A DNA stretch of 64,000 nucleotides from Botryllus schlosseri (Eukaryota), in NCBI GenBank assembly GCA_051294905.1, contig CM119372.1, forward strand, positions 14,634,001 through 14,698,000, given 5' to 3'. Positions 1-14,300 of this stretch are shown one piece after another. Position 1 is the first letter of the stretch. The number at the start of each line of letters is the position of its first letter. A program made the position numbers and the translations under genes. A model generated the notes under the pieces. That model was not told the DNA's origin. It was given only the letters and a program-made list of their open reading frames with translations, and made no database searches.

Positions 1-107
1 TTAATCCTAATCTACCTTCAACCCTATTATCCCGGCCCATCACCAACCCTAATATCCCCCAACGCTAATAACCCCACCTCCAACCCTAATATCCCCCTCC
101 CCAACCC

Positions 108-162
108 TGATACAGCTGATACAGCTGATGCAGCTGTGATACAGCTGTATATCCACAGGGCC
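108..162. repeat. Right terminal fragment of another copy of the GATACAGCT-repeat foldback family seen at 39939-43823
   Basis: tgatacagct units ending in tatatccacagggcc, identical to the right terminus at 43810-43823. Confidence 0.7.
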
Positions 163-1287
163 TCAGCTTTCTGTTGATACCCGTTTTATTAAATTTGGCG
201 CTCGACAAGCCGGTCAAAAATGGCCGTAAAGTTGCCTTTGGTCAAATGGAAAGTATGACGTAACCCAAATGCAGTGAGTCGTTCAGTCTCGTTGTGTTCA
301 CACCAGAGTTGGATCAATTACAATAATTGAGTTTAATTACAATTACAATTACTCCCTTGCATGTTTCAATTGAATTACAATTAGCCTACTCAATGCTGAA
401 AATATACAATTACAATTACTGATAAACATGTAATTAAATTACAATTACAATTACTGTTAAACATGTAATTGATTCGGTAGAGAGGTGTTCTTTGACAACC
501 GTAGCGACGTAATTTGCAATTAACAATCTCAAGCTATTCATGTTTTATTCATGATAGTAGAATACCCTTTAATTAAAAAAAACTCGAACGTATTCGAACT
601 ATTCCTAATCATGAGTACTGACAGCCAATGGAATACTATAGGACAGCCAATGAGATGTAATCAAACGATTAGGCTACTCAGAGCTGAGTGAGGATAATGA
701 AACGTGGTAAGGCGTCAGCGATAAGGATGATACCGATAAGATGTGTAAAATTAAAATAAATGCAAAAGGAAAGAACCTCCTGATAACTACGAATTACAGC
801 ATTTTGGTTCGCATTTACATTTTCACTTGCTCGGAAACTGTTAGATTGCATTTGATGAACATTAGGGTGCGAAAATTTCTGGCCCCAGTAAATTTGGCCA
901 AGATTAGGGGTAAGATTGGGATAACTTCTCAACAAATGCGTGATCAAGTTTGATGAAGCCTTGGTTGGAAACTTGAATTTCATTTTGCAATTGTTGCAGC
1001 AAGCCTCGGTACTGGTCAGAAATTTAAAAAAGAAAACTCTGACCGTGGTGAAGGAAATGGTTTAGCGCAGGTTTCCGAAGAGTTTATTTGTTGTTCATTC
1101 ATTTTTGAAATATTAAGATTAATTTAGCCCACTATGATTCTCTAACTTTTTTAGACACGCCCCCCCCCCCTTTATGACAGTGCAATATTTCGTGCCCCAC
1201 TTATCGCCATATCACACAAGTAGTTAGTATGATCGGTCGTGATTCGCCATTGTTTCTTATGGCGGGGTCGCATGCTAACGCGAAAAC

Positions 1288-1470
1288 CGGGGGTGGCATG
1301 CTAACGTTTTCGTCTTATGGCGGGGGTGGCATGCTAACGTTTTCGTCTTATGGCGGGGGTGGCATGCTAACGTTTTCGTCTTATGGCGGGGGTGGCATGC
1401 TAACGTTTTCGTCTTATGGCGGGGGTGACATGCTAACGTTTTCGTCTTATGGGTGCGGTCGCATGATAAC
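1288..1470. repeat. Subterminal 33-bp tandem repeat (about 5 copies; mirrored at ~14335-14515)
   Basis: Unit GGGGGTGGCATGCTAACGTTTTCGTCTTATGGC read directly. Confidence 0.9.
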
Positions 1471-1749
1471 GCGAAACTCGTGGTGGCATGCTAATGTTTT
1501 TTGGTATACGTGCGGCGACATGCTAACGACGATAAATGTGTCTGTCATGTATTCTTACGGGATCTGTGGCGACTCGCCATGTGTTCTTGCGGTCGTGATT
1601 CGCACTTTCAGGTATCTCTCGCGTGGTGTTGAATATGCACGAGTCACCAACAATAACCGCGCGGACGGAAACGTGGTTTGTTGTGAGGATTTACGCAGTG
1701 CGTGCGACAGACGGCGATTCGAATATCAACAATAGTCGCGTTCGCAAAC

Positions 1750-2490
1750 TAACACTTCAAAAAGATGTGAAATATTTGTAAAATCCTACGATCGCTCACA
1801 AGATACCACTTCCGGCATATCAATCTATCACTCAATACACAACCGAAGTTGAATTGTAATTGAATGCGTAAATTTATCACCTCGACATCAAAATTCGAAA
1901 ACAACAACTTGATGCTTTATGTTCTCACTCTAATTTCATGATAAGTGTAATAAGTGCCGAATAACAGATACACCACCGGCGAGACTTGAATACCAACAAA
2001 TTGTCACTTATTTCTATTCTAGCCGTAATCCTTTGTGAAGTTACGCTTATTCAAATAGCTGTGAAATAGTTTGCAAAACCCCGCGATCGCTGACAAGATA
2101 ATGTCTCGGTCATAACCATCTTTCACGACTCGGTGTCATAACCATACCGATCACTCACGCGGTGAAATTTTCGTAATCAGTTTGACACAGAACTTGATTT
2201 CGCTGGTAAGATTTAACAAGTAACGAATAACAGACCGCCAGTGTCGGTAACTTGAATAGCGACAAATTGTCACTTATTTCCGCTCTAACCCTAATCCTCT
2301 GTGAAGTGAGCGCTTATTCAAAAGGGTGTGATATAATTTTAAAATCCGACGACCACTCACCGGATAATGCTTCAGACATAGCAATCCCTCATGCCCGCTC
2401 ACAAGGTAATATTTCGGTAATTAGTTTGTCCCAGAACCGTCGCAGACGGTGATTCGAAAACCAACAATTTGTCACTTGCCCGCGATCGCT
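1750..2490. repeat. Degenerate ~270-290 bp triplicated unit inside the Polinton arm (mirrored at ~13310-14050)
   Basis: Recurring ttcaaa..tgtga.ata....aaaa.cc..cga..ctcac..gata at ~1756, ~2050 and ~2317, and caaattgtcacttatttc at ~1997 and ~2263. Confidence 0.6.
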
Positions 2491-5400
2491 ATATGTTTCA
2501 CACCTCGCGAAAAGTGGCTGACTTTAGTTGCGTGATAAGATCCATGAAAATATTCAATCGATGTGTTAGTTTGTCAACTTGAAATGTAACTCACTACACA
2601 GATCAAGTTGAATCGTATTTGAATGTATTGATTCGACCCAACTCAAATCCTATCAACGCGATCTGTTGAATCGAACGTAACCTGAATATTACTGACGCCA
2701 ACATTCACCCTCATCGGATCATTCACACATTCCACGCCGCTGTTTTAACACTTATAGAATCAATACCAACTATCTCTGACCCGATAATATTCAATCATTT
2801 TGGTAATTTGCCAACTTTAAATCCATTCGCGGGATGTACTAAAGGTAAATCCAAATAATCCAGAATGAAATATTTGGACTTTGACATTGTGCGAATTGAA
2901 ATAGGTTTGACAAACATGACTACCAACTTTCACCCAGTCACATTTCAAGATTATACTTTGAAACAATCCTTGAAACTGACAACTCTATTCACGACTGAGT
3001 TTTCCGTTTATCAAATAGAGTTTCAGTAAATACTATCGCGATTTTTTAATGTGTTACTACACACAATAGAATCAATCAATGAAATAACACCTGTTGTAAA
3101 TATTTCTAACTTGACAACCACTTGTGCATACCGCGATCGACTTGAGACGCGATGAGTTAAATCGGAATATTTCAATCTATTTGTCGAAACCTTGAACAAA
3201 CTATCGGGTTATTTTTTGTTGCAATCGAGTGAACGGAAATAGTATTACGTCTCGACATCTCGCCATCTTACCATATTCAAAGAGTCAACCACGAAAACAT
3301 TGTCAAGTAAATCCGTTACCCGACCAACTCAAGCAGTTAGCCAAGCATACACGAGTCCATACAAACACTAAAACCTAAAATCCATAACAAGTTCGGATGT
3401 ATTCGTATCCCTACGCATCTTTTTTAATCAACTTGAAAAGTCGTTACTATTCTGTAAGATAGAGGGATTACAACGCGGTATATTCTGCAAGACAAACTAA
3501 TTACTACTCGGTATATTTTGTGAGACAAAAGTAATTACTCTTTGGTACAGGGGACTTGAGCTTAACATAATATGTTTGAGTATACGAGATTTGAAAGTCT
3601 GATCGACGTAGTTGCGACTTCATTTCTTACAATCGAACGCTGGTGTTACATTGAAAGTTATCATGCTGTAAACATCGATTTAACATATGTAATAGTTGAT
3701 CATGACTTGATTATTAAATTATTCGCGTTAATTAGACCCGGCGTTATGTTGAAAGTTATGACAGCAACAAACTTTTCAGTACCAATGTTATTAACATATT
3801 AAGCTGTAAAACTATGCGTGTCTGAAATGTTCTTGAATGGAAAATTATTCCACCTTGGTACATATCACCCTGCGTATCGCGGATATCAGAAAATATTTTA
3901 CAAATGTAATTGTCCCCACTAACCAAGACTAAAGATGAAACAACAATTTCCTTTGTTAAACAATAACCGGTACAATACTTTATCATCGTAATCAGCAGTG
4001 AGAATTGAAACACTTTCGCACATTATCTGGTGTCAAGATATCACACTAGGTGAATTGACATACCGCCGCTTGCATAATACCTAATCCGTTCACACCATTT
4101 CACATACTTTGATCATTACAAAAGTAAATTGGAATATGTTTGCTAGATGCATTCAATTCAGTTAGAAATGTCTGGTGCACAACAATCGTAATATCAAAAA
4201 AGTACTTGCTACACTGTTATTTGCTAAACGTGTTTTGCATTGTTGTTCATTTGTAGTATTGATTGTTCTTGAACCCTCAAATAATAATTCCCGACATGAA
4301 ACCAAGCCACTGAAAGTCGTTACCATCACGAAGAAACAATGTGTGCGATGTTTGTCAAATGTATCCTACCTGGCCACCAGAAAACAATTTTCACTCACTC
4401 GAAATGAAACCAATGTGATGGTCTCCATTCGATATTTTGTTTGTGTCAAATACTTTACAATGATCACATTTGAGTGGTTGAGGTTTACATCATCAAGCTG
4501 TTATTTGTAAATCAAGATTTCGGTAAACTTGTAAATGTATCGTTTAACTAACCAACATTTAGTGATTGTTGAACATACGACTTCGAAATACTGCGTTGAT
4601 CGTAATTTCCATCATCGTGATAATCGAAGTACATTTCTTTCGAATTCGTAACAACCGGCGTTTCTACGACATGACAAATTTTTGACAAGTTATGCTTAGA
4701 AGATTGGTTGCATATCGCGAAAAAAAAAATATACCACTCATATTGATACTGTTACTCCATTGATCGATATTTTCAAACGAGTAAAATTTATTACTTGAGT
4801 TTCTCCGCTTAATGTAAATGAAAACTCAGCCGTCTTTTAACATCACAAAGACATTGATAAAAAGTAGGCAATCAAACACAACACTTTGTACGACACTAAT
4901 TATTGTTCCACACATCTCATTTCATACTAAGTGTATACGAAAGATATTCACGACACATGAAAATATTCGCTCATGCTACGAACATACGCAATGATTGGTG
5001 GTGCTTTCAAACTGTTTCGATATCACAAGAACTTTATTGTCTGAATGGGTGTTCATGTATCTTAATAATCAAATAGTTCAACACAGAACTAGTACTAACA
5101 GAAACATCAGAGAGTTGTTTACACAAAAGTTTGTATGTGTACAGTATGCAAATACCATGTGTAAGTCCAGCACAATTGCAGTATCCATCCGGGTTTAGTC
5201 AACACAAATTTATTACAACAGAGCCACGTAAACTTTCGTGAAAGAAAAGCATACTCACTTCCAGAGGGTTATGTCAACACCATAGCAGTAAATCAGCTAC
5301 TCCAACAACAAAGTACATATGTTTCTAGCCACGATCCTTACATCTTTCACATAGATCAATCTACTTTGCTAACGAAAAGTGCTGAGTCATCACATGATCG

Positions 5401-6119
5401 CCCTCACAACAAAACAACTAGTAGATATTATCATTCAAAATATTCCTAACCCTTTACACACCAGTGACAAATCATACAACGAATATGTTTTGTGGGTCGA
5501 ATTGTTGTTCAGTGTCAAGTCTACCTGTTGAAACGTACATTAAAACAGCGCAATTCAAATAAAACCACGAATCTATTTTCATTTCCTCACAAACTGTCAC
5601 ATACAGAAAAATAAATTTTATTCCGCCAAAACATACTTGTAACCAATCGCTTTCATTAAACACACAACACCATAAAAGTATTTACTTTCTACAACATAGA
5701 CATTCCGATGTAGTCAAGAAATATTTTTATTAATCAAAATCATCGACTTCTGTTTACGGCGTTAGTGTGTGCATGTCATACATGTGGGATCCGTATTAAA
5801 ATGGACACGACACGACTGAATGTAAGGAGATAGAAGTCTATCGCATAGATTTACATGTGGTCTTCGCTACGGTTTCAAAAAACGAATCATCTCTTTTGCA
5901 TTGATCGAGACCGAGCAAGTTAGTTAATGGCCATGATTGTGTTTGTCATATGCGAATGATAGGGTTACTGTCAAATCTACATACAACAACCTTCTGGCAC
6001 TCATAATAGCAATTTCATTCTCGCCCTTCGTAATTGTAGACTCACAACAAGTATATTGTACAACTCGACAGCTACGTTTAACAACACCAACGACACTAAA
6101 CATACGATACCTACCCAAG

Positions 6120-6720
6120 TAAAATTACCATTTTCACCTGGAGGTCAGTCGTTACCTGAGTAAAAATACCATTATTCTTTGGAGATTTATCGTTTAATCA
6201 GAGTAACAAAACATTTTCACTTGGGGGTCTATCGTTTCCAAGAGTAACAAGCCCCCTTTCCTTTGGAAATCTATTTTTTCCCTGGGTAACAAACCTTTTT
6301 CACTTGGAAATATATTTTTTCTCTGGATAACAAACCTTTATCACTTGGAAATATATTTTTTTCCCTGAGCAACAAACCTTTTTCACTTGGGAATATATTT
6401 TTTCTCTGGATAACAAACCTTTTTCACTTGGAAATATATTTTTTCTCTGGGTAACAAACCTTTTTCACTTGGAAATATATTTTTTACCTGAGTACCAAAC
6501 CTTTTTCACTTGGAAATATATTTTTATCCTACAGCAACAAACCATTTTCACATGGAAAACTACTTTTACCTAGAGTAACTAATCATTTTCTTTTGGAAAT
6601 ATATTTTCTCCCTGGGTAACAAACCCGTTTCGTTTGGAAAACTATCATTTACCTGAGTACCAATACCGTTTGCACTTGGAAATCTATCTTTTCTCTGGGT
6701 AACAATACCATTTTCGTTTT
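6120..6720. repeat. ~40-bp AT-rich tandem array (about 15 degenerate copies; mirrored at ~9083-9683)
   Basis: Unit approximately ACAAACCTTTTTCACTTGGAAATATATTTTTTCTCTGGGTA with variable T-run length. Confidence 0.85.
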
Positions 6721-8350
6721 GAAAACTGACAACCACACCCGACAATTTGATATTTTTGTATATTGTTACAACGGGCAGTGACAAAATATACACCAACAAC
6801 GACTCCGATACATTTGTGCAATCGCATATTTACTTGTGTTGGTGCATCCCATCAAAATCATCGGTTACCCACATGCAATGTGCTCTTGTATATCGAAATG
6901 TATGTTTGGGAAATTGGACAATAGGTTTCGATAGGTCTGTGATGTCCGGGGTCGTGCTTTGGATTTTCCAGAGTCAAAATGTCTGAATAAAACACCTCCT
7001 CGACGATGGTTGGTATGTGGATAACGGTGTTCGGAAAACGGTTGGATTTATGTCACCCATCGCGATAACAATTCCAGGTCGACTTTTCCCCGCATGTTTA
7101 CTATATTGTGTCTTTATTGATCAATGTATGTCTCAACATTCAGTTTGAAATCGGAAACTCTGATAAAGTACGTAACCGGATCCGGATATCAACTCTGAAT
7201 CGATAAACCAATGAACAATATTCAAAGTAAACATGTTACACCCTGTGTTTCCACGAAAAAATACCATCCAGACATACGTCGCGCTTGTTTGCCCACACCA
7301 GTATACGCGTAAATGGAGGTGTGTGACATTGCATGCAATGTGTTGGTATACAAACATCGATCCACAGACATTATCATAGCCGGTAGTTTTGATGTAGATC
7401 GAATGTCACCCGATAACAATACCAATAAGCCACATTGCAATGACTCTGAGTCCGCGCTATTACATCGATATTTCGACACCGTTCACTGATTTACTCGATG
7501 GTGTTATCGTGTTGTTACATTGCAAGATAGTCATGACCCTATCTCCAGACAGATCACCCAGACCAATTGGATACATCGGTCAATATCCATCGTGTTGTCG
7601 ACACCGAAGTTTTCTGCTGAGACTTCAGCGTTTGACCAATGTGAACTATCGAAGTATGGGTGCTCGAAATGATTGCGATCAGTCTTTTAGTCACGATACA
7701 TGGATGTCGCTACTCCCACATAACGACTCCAGATAAATATAGCGAAAATCTCGGACTGATACTGTGATCCAATAAGGTGTGTTTCTGTGAAGACAGCAAT
7801 CGTACACCACAATAGAACACTACCTCGTGATTTCACACGCAATCATAAAACACATCATCATAAGGGTCTAGTTCGTCCGGTGACATTTCGAAACGGTCGT
7901 CGCCACAAGAGATCGGTAACATTTTGAAACGACATCGCCACAAGTCTATTGACATCGATTCTGTTGGTCATGTCAATCCGTTTCACAATCCACCGTTTTC
8001 AACTCCCCGCACCATAGTGTTACGACACAGACAAGAAGCGTCGGTGGAAATAATAAAACACGGAAAGCACACTTTGGTGTTATTTGATATGGATTTTACA
8101 CCAGACGAACCTCATATTCGAGCAATGTATTTGAATGGCGATTGTATTATTGATGTTCAGGGAAAAGAAATTTATCGATTTATCGGTTTCGTACATATCC
8201 AACAAAAACTAGGGTATGTGATTGTGCGTGGTTCGCATATTCGACTGTGAACGCTCTATTGGTATATGCTGTATAGCTCACTTTCACCGTCGTGCGAATA
8301 ACCCATGTTACGGCTCCATGTTTGTGTGTCTGTATGTCATGCTTCAGATT

Positions 8351-11300
8351 GACTCAGAGTCATTGCAATGTGGCTTATTGGTATTGTTATCGGGTGACAT
8401 TCGATCTACATCAAAACTACCGGCTATGATAATGTCTGTGGATCGATGTTTGTATACCAACACATTGCATGCAATGTCACACACCTCCATTTACGCGTAT
8501 ACTGGTGTGGGCAAACAAGCGCGACGTATGTCTGGATGGTATTTTTTCGTGGAAACACAGGGTGTAACATGTTTACTTTGAATATTGTTCATTGGTTTAT
8601 CGATTCAGAGTTGATATCCGGATCCGGTTACGTACTTTATCAGAGTTTCCGATTTCAAACTGAATGTTGAGACATACATTGATCAATAAAGACACAATAT
8701 AGTAAACATGCGGGGAAAAGTCGACCTGGAATTGTTATCGCGATGGGTGACATAAATCCAACCGTTTTCCGAACCCCGTTATCCACATACCAACCATCGT
8801 CGAGGAGGTGTTTTATTCAGACATTTTGACTCTGGAAAATCCAAAGCACGACCCCGGACATCACAGACCTATCGAAACCTATTGTCCAATTTCCCAAACA
8901 TACATTTCGATATACAAGAGCACATTGCATGTGGGTAACCGATGATTTTGATAGGATGCACCAACACAAGTAAATATGCGATTGCACAAATGTATCGGAG
9001 TCGTTGTTGGTGTATATTTTGTCACTGCCCGTTGTAACAATATACAAAAATATCAAATTGTCGGGTGTGGTTGTCAGTTTTCAAAACGAAAATGGTATTG
9101 TTACCCAGAGAAAAGATAGATTTCCAAGTGCAAACGGTATTGGTACTCAGGTAAATGATAGTTTTCCAAACGAAACGGGTTTGTTACCCAGGGAGAAAAT
9201 ATATTTCCAAAAGAAAATGATTAGTTACTCTAGGTAAAAGTAGTTTTCCATGTGAAAATGGTTTGTTGCTGTAGGATAAAAATATATTTCCAAGTGAAAA
9301 AGGTTTGGTACTCAGGTAAAAAATATATTTCCAAGTGAAAAAGGTTTGTTACCCAGAGAAAAAATATATTTCCAAGTGAAAAAGGTTTGTTATCCAGAGA
9401 AAAAATATATTCCCAAGTGAAAAAGGTTTGTTGCTCAGGGAAAAAAATATATTTCCAAGTGATAAAGGTTTGTTATCCAGAGAAAAAATATATTTCCAAG
9501 TGAAAAAGGTTTGTTACCCAGGGAAAAAATAGATTTCCAAAGGAAAGGGGGCTTGTTACTCTTGGAAACGATAGACCCCCAAGTGAAAATGTTTTGTTAC
9601 TCTGATTAAACGATAAATCTCCAAAGAATAATGGTATTTTTACTCAGGTAACGACTGACCTCCAGGTGAAAATGGTAATTTTACTGGGGTAGGTATCGTA
9701 TGTTTAGTGTCGTTGGTGTTGTTAAACGTAGCTGTCGAGTTGTACAATATACTTGTTGTGAGTCTACAATTACGAAGGGCGAGAATGAAATTGCTATTAT
9801 GAGTGCCAGAAGGTTGTTGTATGTAGATTTGACAGTAACCCTATCATTCGCATATGACAAACACAATCATGGCCATTAACTAACTTGCTCGGTCTCGATC
9901 AATGCAAAAGAGATGATTCGTTTTTTGAAACCGTAGCGAAGACCACATGTAAATCTATGCGATAGACTTCTATCTCCTTACATTCAGTCGTGTCGTGTCC
10001 ATTTTAATACGGATCCCACATGTATGACATGCACACACTAACGCCGTAAACAGAAGTCGATGATTTTGATTAATAAAAATATTTCTTGACTACATCGGAA
10101 TGTCTATGTTGTAGAAAGTAAATACTTTTATGGTGTTGTGTGTTTAATGAAAGCGATTGGTTACAAGTATGTTTTGGCGGAATAAAATTTATTTTTCTGT
10201 ATGTGACAGTTTGTGAGGAAATGAAAATAGATTCGTGGTTTTATTTGAATTGCGCTGTTTTAATGTACGTTTCAACAGGTAGACTTGACACTGAACAACA
10301 ATTCGACCCACAAAACATATTCGTTGTATGATTTGTCACTGGTGTGTAAAGGGTTAGGAATATTTTGAATGATAATATCTACTAGTTGTTTTGTTGTGAG
10401 GGCGATCATGTGATGACTCAGCACTTTTCGTTAGCAAAGTAGATTGATCTATGTGAAAGATGTAAGGATCGTGGCTAGAAACATATGTACTTTGTTGTTG
10501 GAGTAGCTGATTTACTGCTATGGTGTTGACATAACCCTCTGGAAGTGAGTATGCTTTTCTTTCACGAAAGTTTACGTGGCTCTGTTGTAATAAATTTGTG
10601 TTGACTAAACCCGGATGGATACTGCAATTGTGCTGGACTTACACATGGTATTTGCATACTGTACACATACAAACTTTTGTGTAAACAACTCTCTGATGTT
10701 TCTGTTAGTACTAGTTCTGTGTTGAACTATTTGATTATTAAGATACATGAACACCCATTCAGACAATAAAGTTCTTGTGATATCGAAACAGTTTGAAAGC
10801 ACCACCAATCATTGCGTATGTTCGTAGCATGAGCGAATATTTTCATGTGTCGTGAATATCTTTCGTATACACTTAGTATGAAATGAGATGTGTGGAACAA
10901 TAATTAGTGTCGTACAAAGTGTTGTGTTTGATTGCCTACTTTTTATCAATGTCTTTGTGATGTTAAAAGACGGCTGAGTTTTCATTTACATTAAGCGGAG
11001 AAACTCAAGTAATAAATTTTACTCGTTTGAAAATATCGATCAATGGAGTAACAGTATCAATATGAGTGGTATATTTTTTTTTTCGCGATATGCAACCAAT
11101 CTTCTAAGCATAACTTGTCAAAAATTTGTCATGTCGTAGAAACGCCGGTTGTTACGAATTCGAAAGAAATGTACTTCGATTATCACGATGATGGAAATTA
11201 CGATCAACGCAGTATTTCGAAGTCGTATGTTCAACAATCACTAAATGTTGGTTAGTTAAACGATACATTTACAAGTTTACCGAAATCTTGATTTACAAAT

Positions 11301-14300
11301 AACAGCTTGATGATGTAAACCTCAACCACTCAAATGTGATCATTGTAAAGTATTTGACACAAACAAAATATCGAATGGAGACCATCACATTGGTTTCATT
11401 TCGAGTGAGTGAAAATTGTTTTCTGGTGGCCAGGTAGGATACATTTGACAAACATCGCACACATTGTTTCTTCGTGATGGTAACGACTTTCAGTGGCTTG
11501 GTTTCATGTCGGGAATTATTATTTGAGGGTTCAAGAACAATCAATACTACAAATGAACAACAATGCAAAACACGTTTAGCAAATAACAGTGTAGCAAGTA
11601 CTTTTTTGATATTACGATTGTTGTGCACCAGACATTTCTAACTGAATTGAATGCATCTAGCAAACATATTCCAATTTACTTTTGTAATGATCAAAGTATG
11701 TGAAATGGTGTGAACGGATTAGGTATTATGCAAGCGGCGGTATGTCAATTCACCTAGTGTGATATCTTGACACCAGATAATGTGCGAAAGTGTTTCAATT
11801 CTCACTGCTGATTACGATGATAAAGTATTGTACCGGTTATTGTTTAACAAAGGAAATTGTTGTTTCATCTTTAGTCTTGGTTAGTGGGGACAATTACATT
11901 TGTAAAATATTTTCTGATATCCGCGATACGCAGGGTGATATGTACCAAGGTGGAATAATTTTCCATTCAAGAACATTTCAGACACGCATAGTTTTACAGC
12001 TTAATATGTTAATAACATTGGTACTGAAAAGTTTGTTGCTGTCATAACTTTCAACATAACGCCGGGTCTAATTAACGCGAATAATTTAATAATCAAGTCA
12101 TGATCAACTATTACATATGTTAAATCGATGTTTACAGCATGATAACTTTCAATGTAACACCAGCGTTCGATTGTAAGAAATGAAGTCGCAACTACGTCGA
12201 TCAGACTTTCAAATCTCGTATACTCAAACATATTATGTTAAGCTCAAGTCCCCTGTACCAAAGAGTAATTACTTTTGTCTCACAAAATATACCGAGTAGT
12301 AATTAGTTTGTCTTGCAGAATATACCGCGTTGTAATCCCTCTATCTTACAGAATAGTAACGACTTTTCAAGTTGATTAAAAAAGATGCGTAGGGATACGA
12401 ATACATCCGAACTTGTTATGGATTTTAGGTTTTAGTGTTTGTATGGACTCGTGTATGCTTGGCTAACTGCTTGAGTTGGTCGGGTAACGGATTTACTTGA
12501 CAATGTTTTCGTGGTTGACTCTTTGAATATGGTAAGATGGCGAGATGTCGAGACGTAATACTATTTCCGTTCACTCGATTGCAACAAAAAATAACCCGAT
12601 AGTTTGTTCAAGGTTTCGACAAATAGATTGAAATATTCCGATTTAACTCATCGCGTCTCAAGTCGATCGCGGTATGCACAAGTGGTTGTCAAGTTAGAAA
12701 TATTTACAACAGGTGTTATTTCATTGATTGATTCTATTGTGTGTAGTAACACATTAAAAAATCGCGATAGTATTTACTGAAACTCTATTTGATAAACGGA
12801 AAACTCAGTCGTGAATAGAGTTGTCAGTTTCAAGGATTGTTTCAAAGTATAATCTTGAAATGTGACTGGGTGAAAGTTGGTAGTCATGTTTGTCAAACCT
12901 ATTTCAATTCGCACAATGTCAAAGTCCAAATATTTCATTCTGGATTATTTGGATTTACCTTTAGTACATCCCGCGAATGGATTTAAAGTTGGCAAATTAC
13001 CAAAATGATTGAATATTATCGGGTCAGAGATAGTTGGTATTGATTCTATAAGTGTTAAAACAGCGGCGTGGAATGTGTGAATGATCCGATGAGGGTGAAT
13101 GTTGGCGTCAGTAATATTCAGGTTACGTTCGATTCAACAGATCGCGTTGATAGGATTTGAGTTGGGTCGAATCAATACATTCAAATACGATTCAACTTGA
13201 TCTGTGTAGTGAGTTACATTTCAAGTTGACAAACTAACACATCGATTGAATATTTTCATGGATCTTATCACGCAACTAAAGTCAGCCACTTTTCGCGAGG
13301 TGTGAAACATATAGCGATCGCGGGCAAGTGACAAATTGTTGGTTTTCGAATCACCGTCTGCGACGGTTCTGGGACAAACTAATTACCGAAATATTACCTT
13401 GTGAGCGGGCATGAGGGATTGCTATGTCTGAAGCATTATCCGGTGAGTGGTCGTCGGATTTTAAAATTATATCACACCCTTTTGAATAAGCGCTCACTTC
13501 ACAGAGGATTAGGGTTAGAGCGGAAATAAGTGACAATTTGTCGCTATTCAAGTTACCGACACTGGCGGTCTGTTATTCGTTACTTGTTAAATCTTACCAG
13601 CGAAATCAAGTTCTGTGTCAAACTGATTACGAAAATTTCACCGCGTGAGTGATCGGTATGGTTATGACACCGAGTCGTGAAAGATGGTTATGACCGAGAC
13701 ATTATCTTGTCAGCGATCGCGGGGTTTTGCAAACTATTTCACAGCTATTTGAATAAGCGTTAACTTCACAAAGGATTACGGCTAGAATAGAAATAAGTGA
13801 CAATTTGTTGGTATTCAAGTCTCGCCGGTGGTGTATCTGTTATTCGGCACTTATTACACTTATCATGAAATTAGAGTGAGAACATAAAGCATCAAGTTGT
13901 TGTTTTCGAATTTTGATGTCGAGGTGATAAATTTACGCATTCAATTACAATTCAACTTCGGTTGTGTATTGAGTGATAGATTGATATGCCGGAAGTGGTA
14001 TCTTGTGAGCGATCGTAGGATTTTACAAATATTTCACATCTTTTTGAAGTGTTAGTTTGCGAACGCGACTATTGTTGATATTCGAATCGCCGTCTGTCGC
14101 ACGCACTGCGTAAATCCTCACAACAAACCACGTTTCCGTCCGCGCGGTTATTGTTGGTGACTCGTGCATATTCAACACCACGCGAGAGATACCTGAAAGT
14201 GCGAATCACGACCGCAAGAACACATGGCGAGTCGCCACAGATCCCGTAAGAATACATGACAGACACATTTATCGTCGTTAGCATGTCGCCGCACGTATAC

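Larger units (their letters stand above)
1219..7452 (+). repeat. Left arm of 6.2-kb inverted repeat
   Basis: Reverse complement of 8351-14584. The ORF track is mirrored, with coordinate sums of 15803 (e.g. 2252..2452 vs 13351..13551). Confidence 0.97.

Noticed and set aside
1..107. Telomere-like AACCCT repeats (also TTAGG-rich 62330-62740)
   Set aside because: Too degenerate and interspersed; likely parts of common repeats rather than telomeric arrays.
1288..1470. Possible CRISPR array (also considered for 6120-6720)
   Set aside because: Units are contiguous with no unique spacers, no cas genes are present, and the context is eukaryotic.
1229..1735. 168-aa ORF with GGGMLTFSSYG repeats
   Set aside because: It is a translation of the 33-bp terminal tandem repeat; the mirror copy has a 1-bp deletion that breaks its 5' part.
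7420..7479. SESLQCG resembling the Q..S..CG motif of Polinton/adenoviral cysteine protease
   Set aside because: No upstream HW or FDSFG motifs were found in any frame I read; too short to call.
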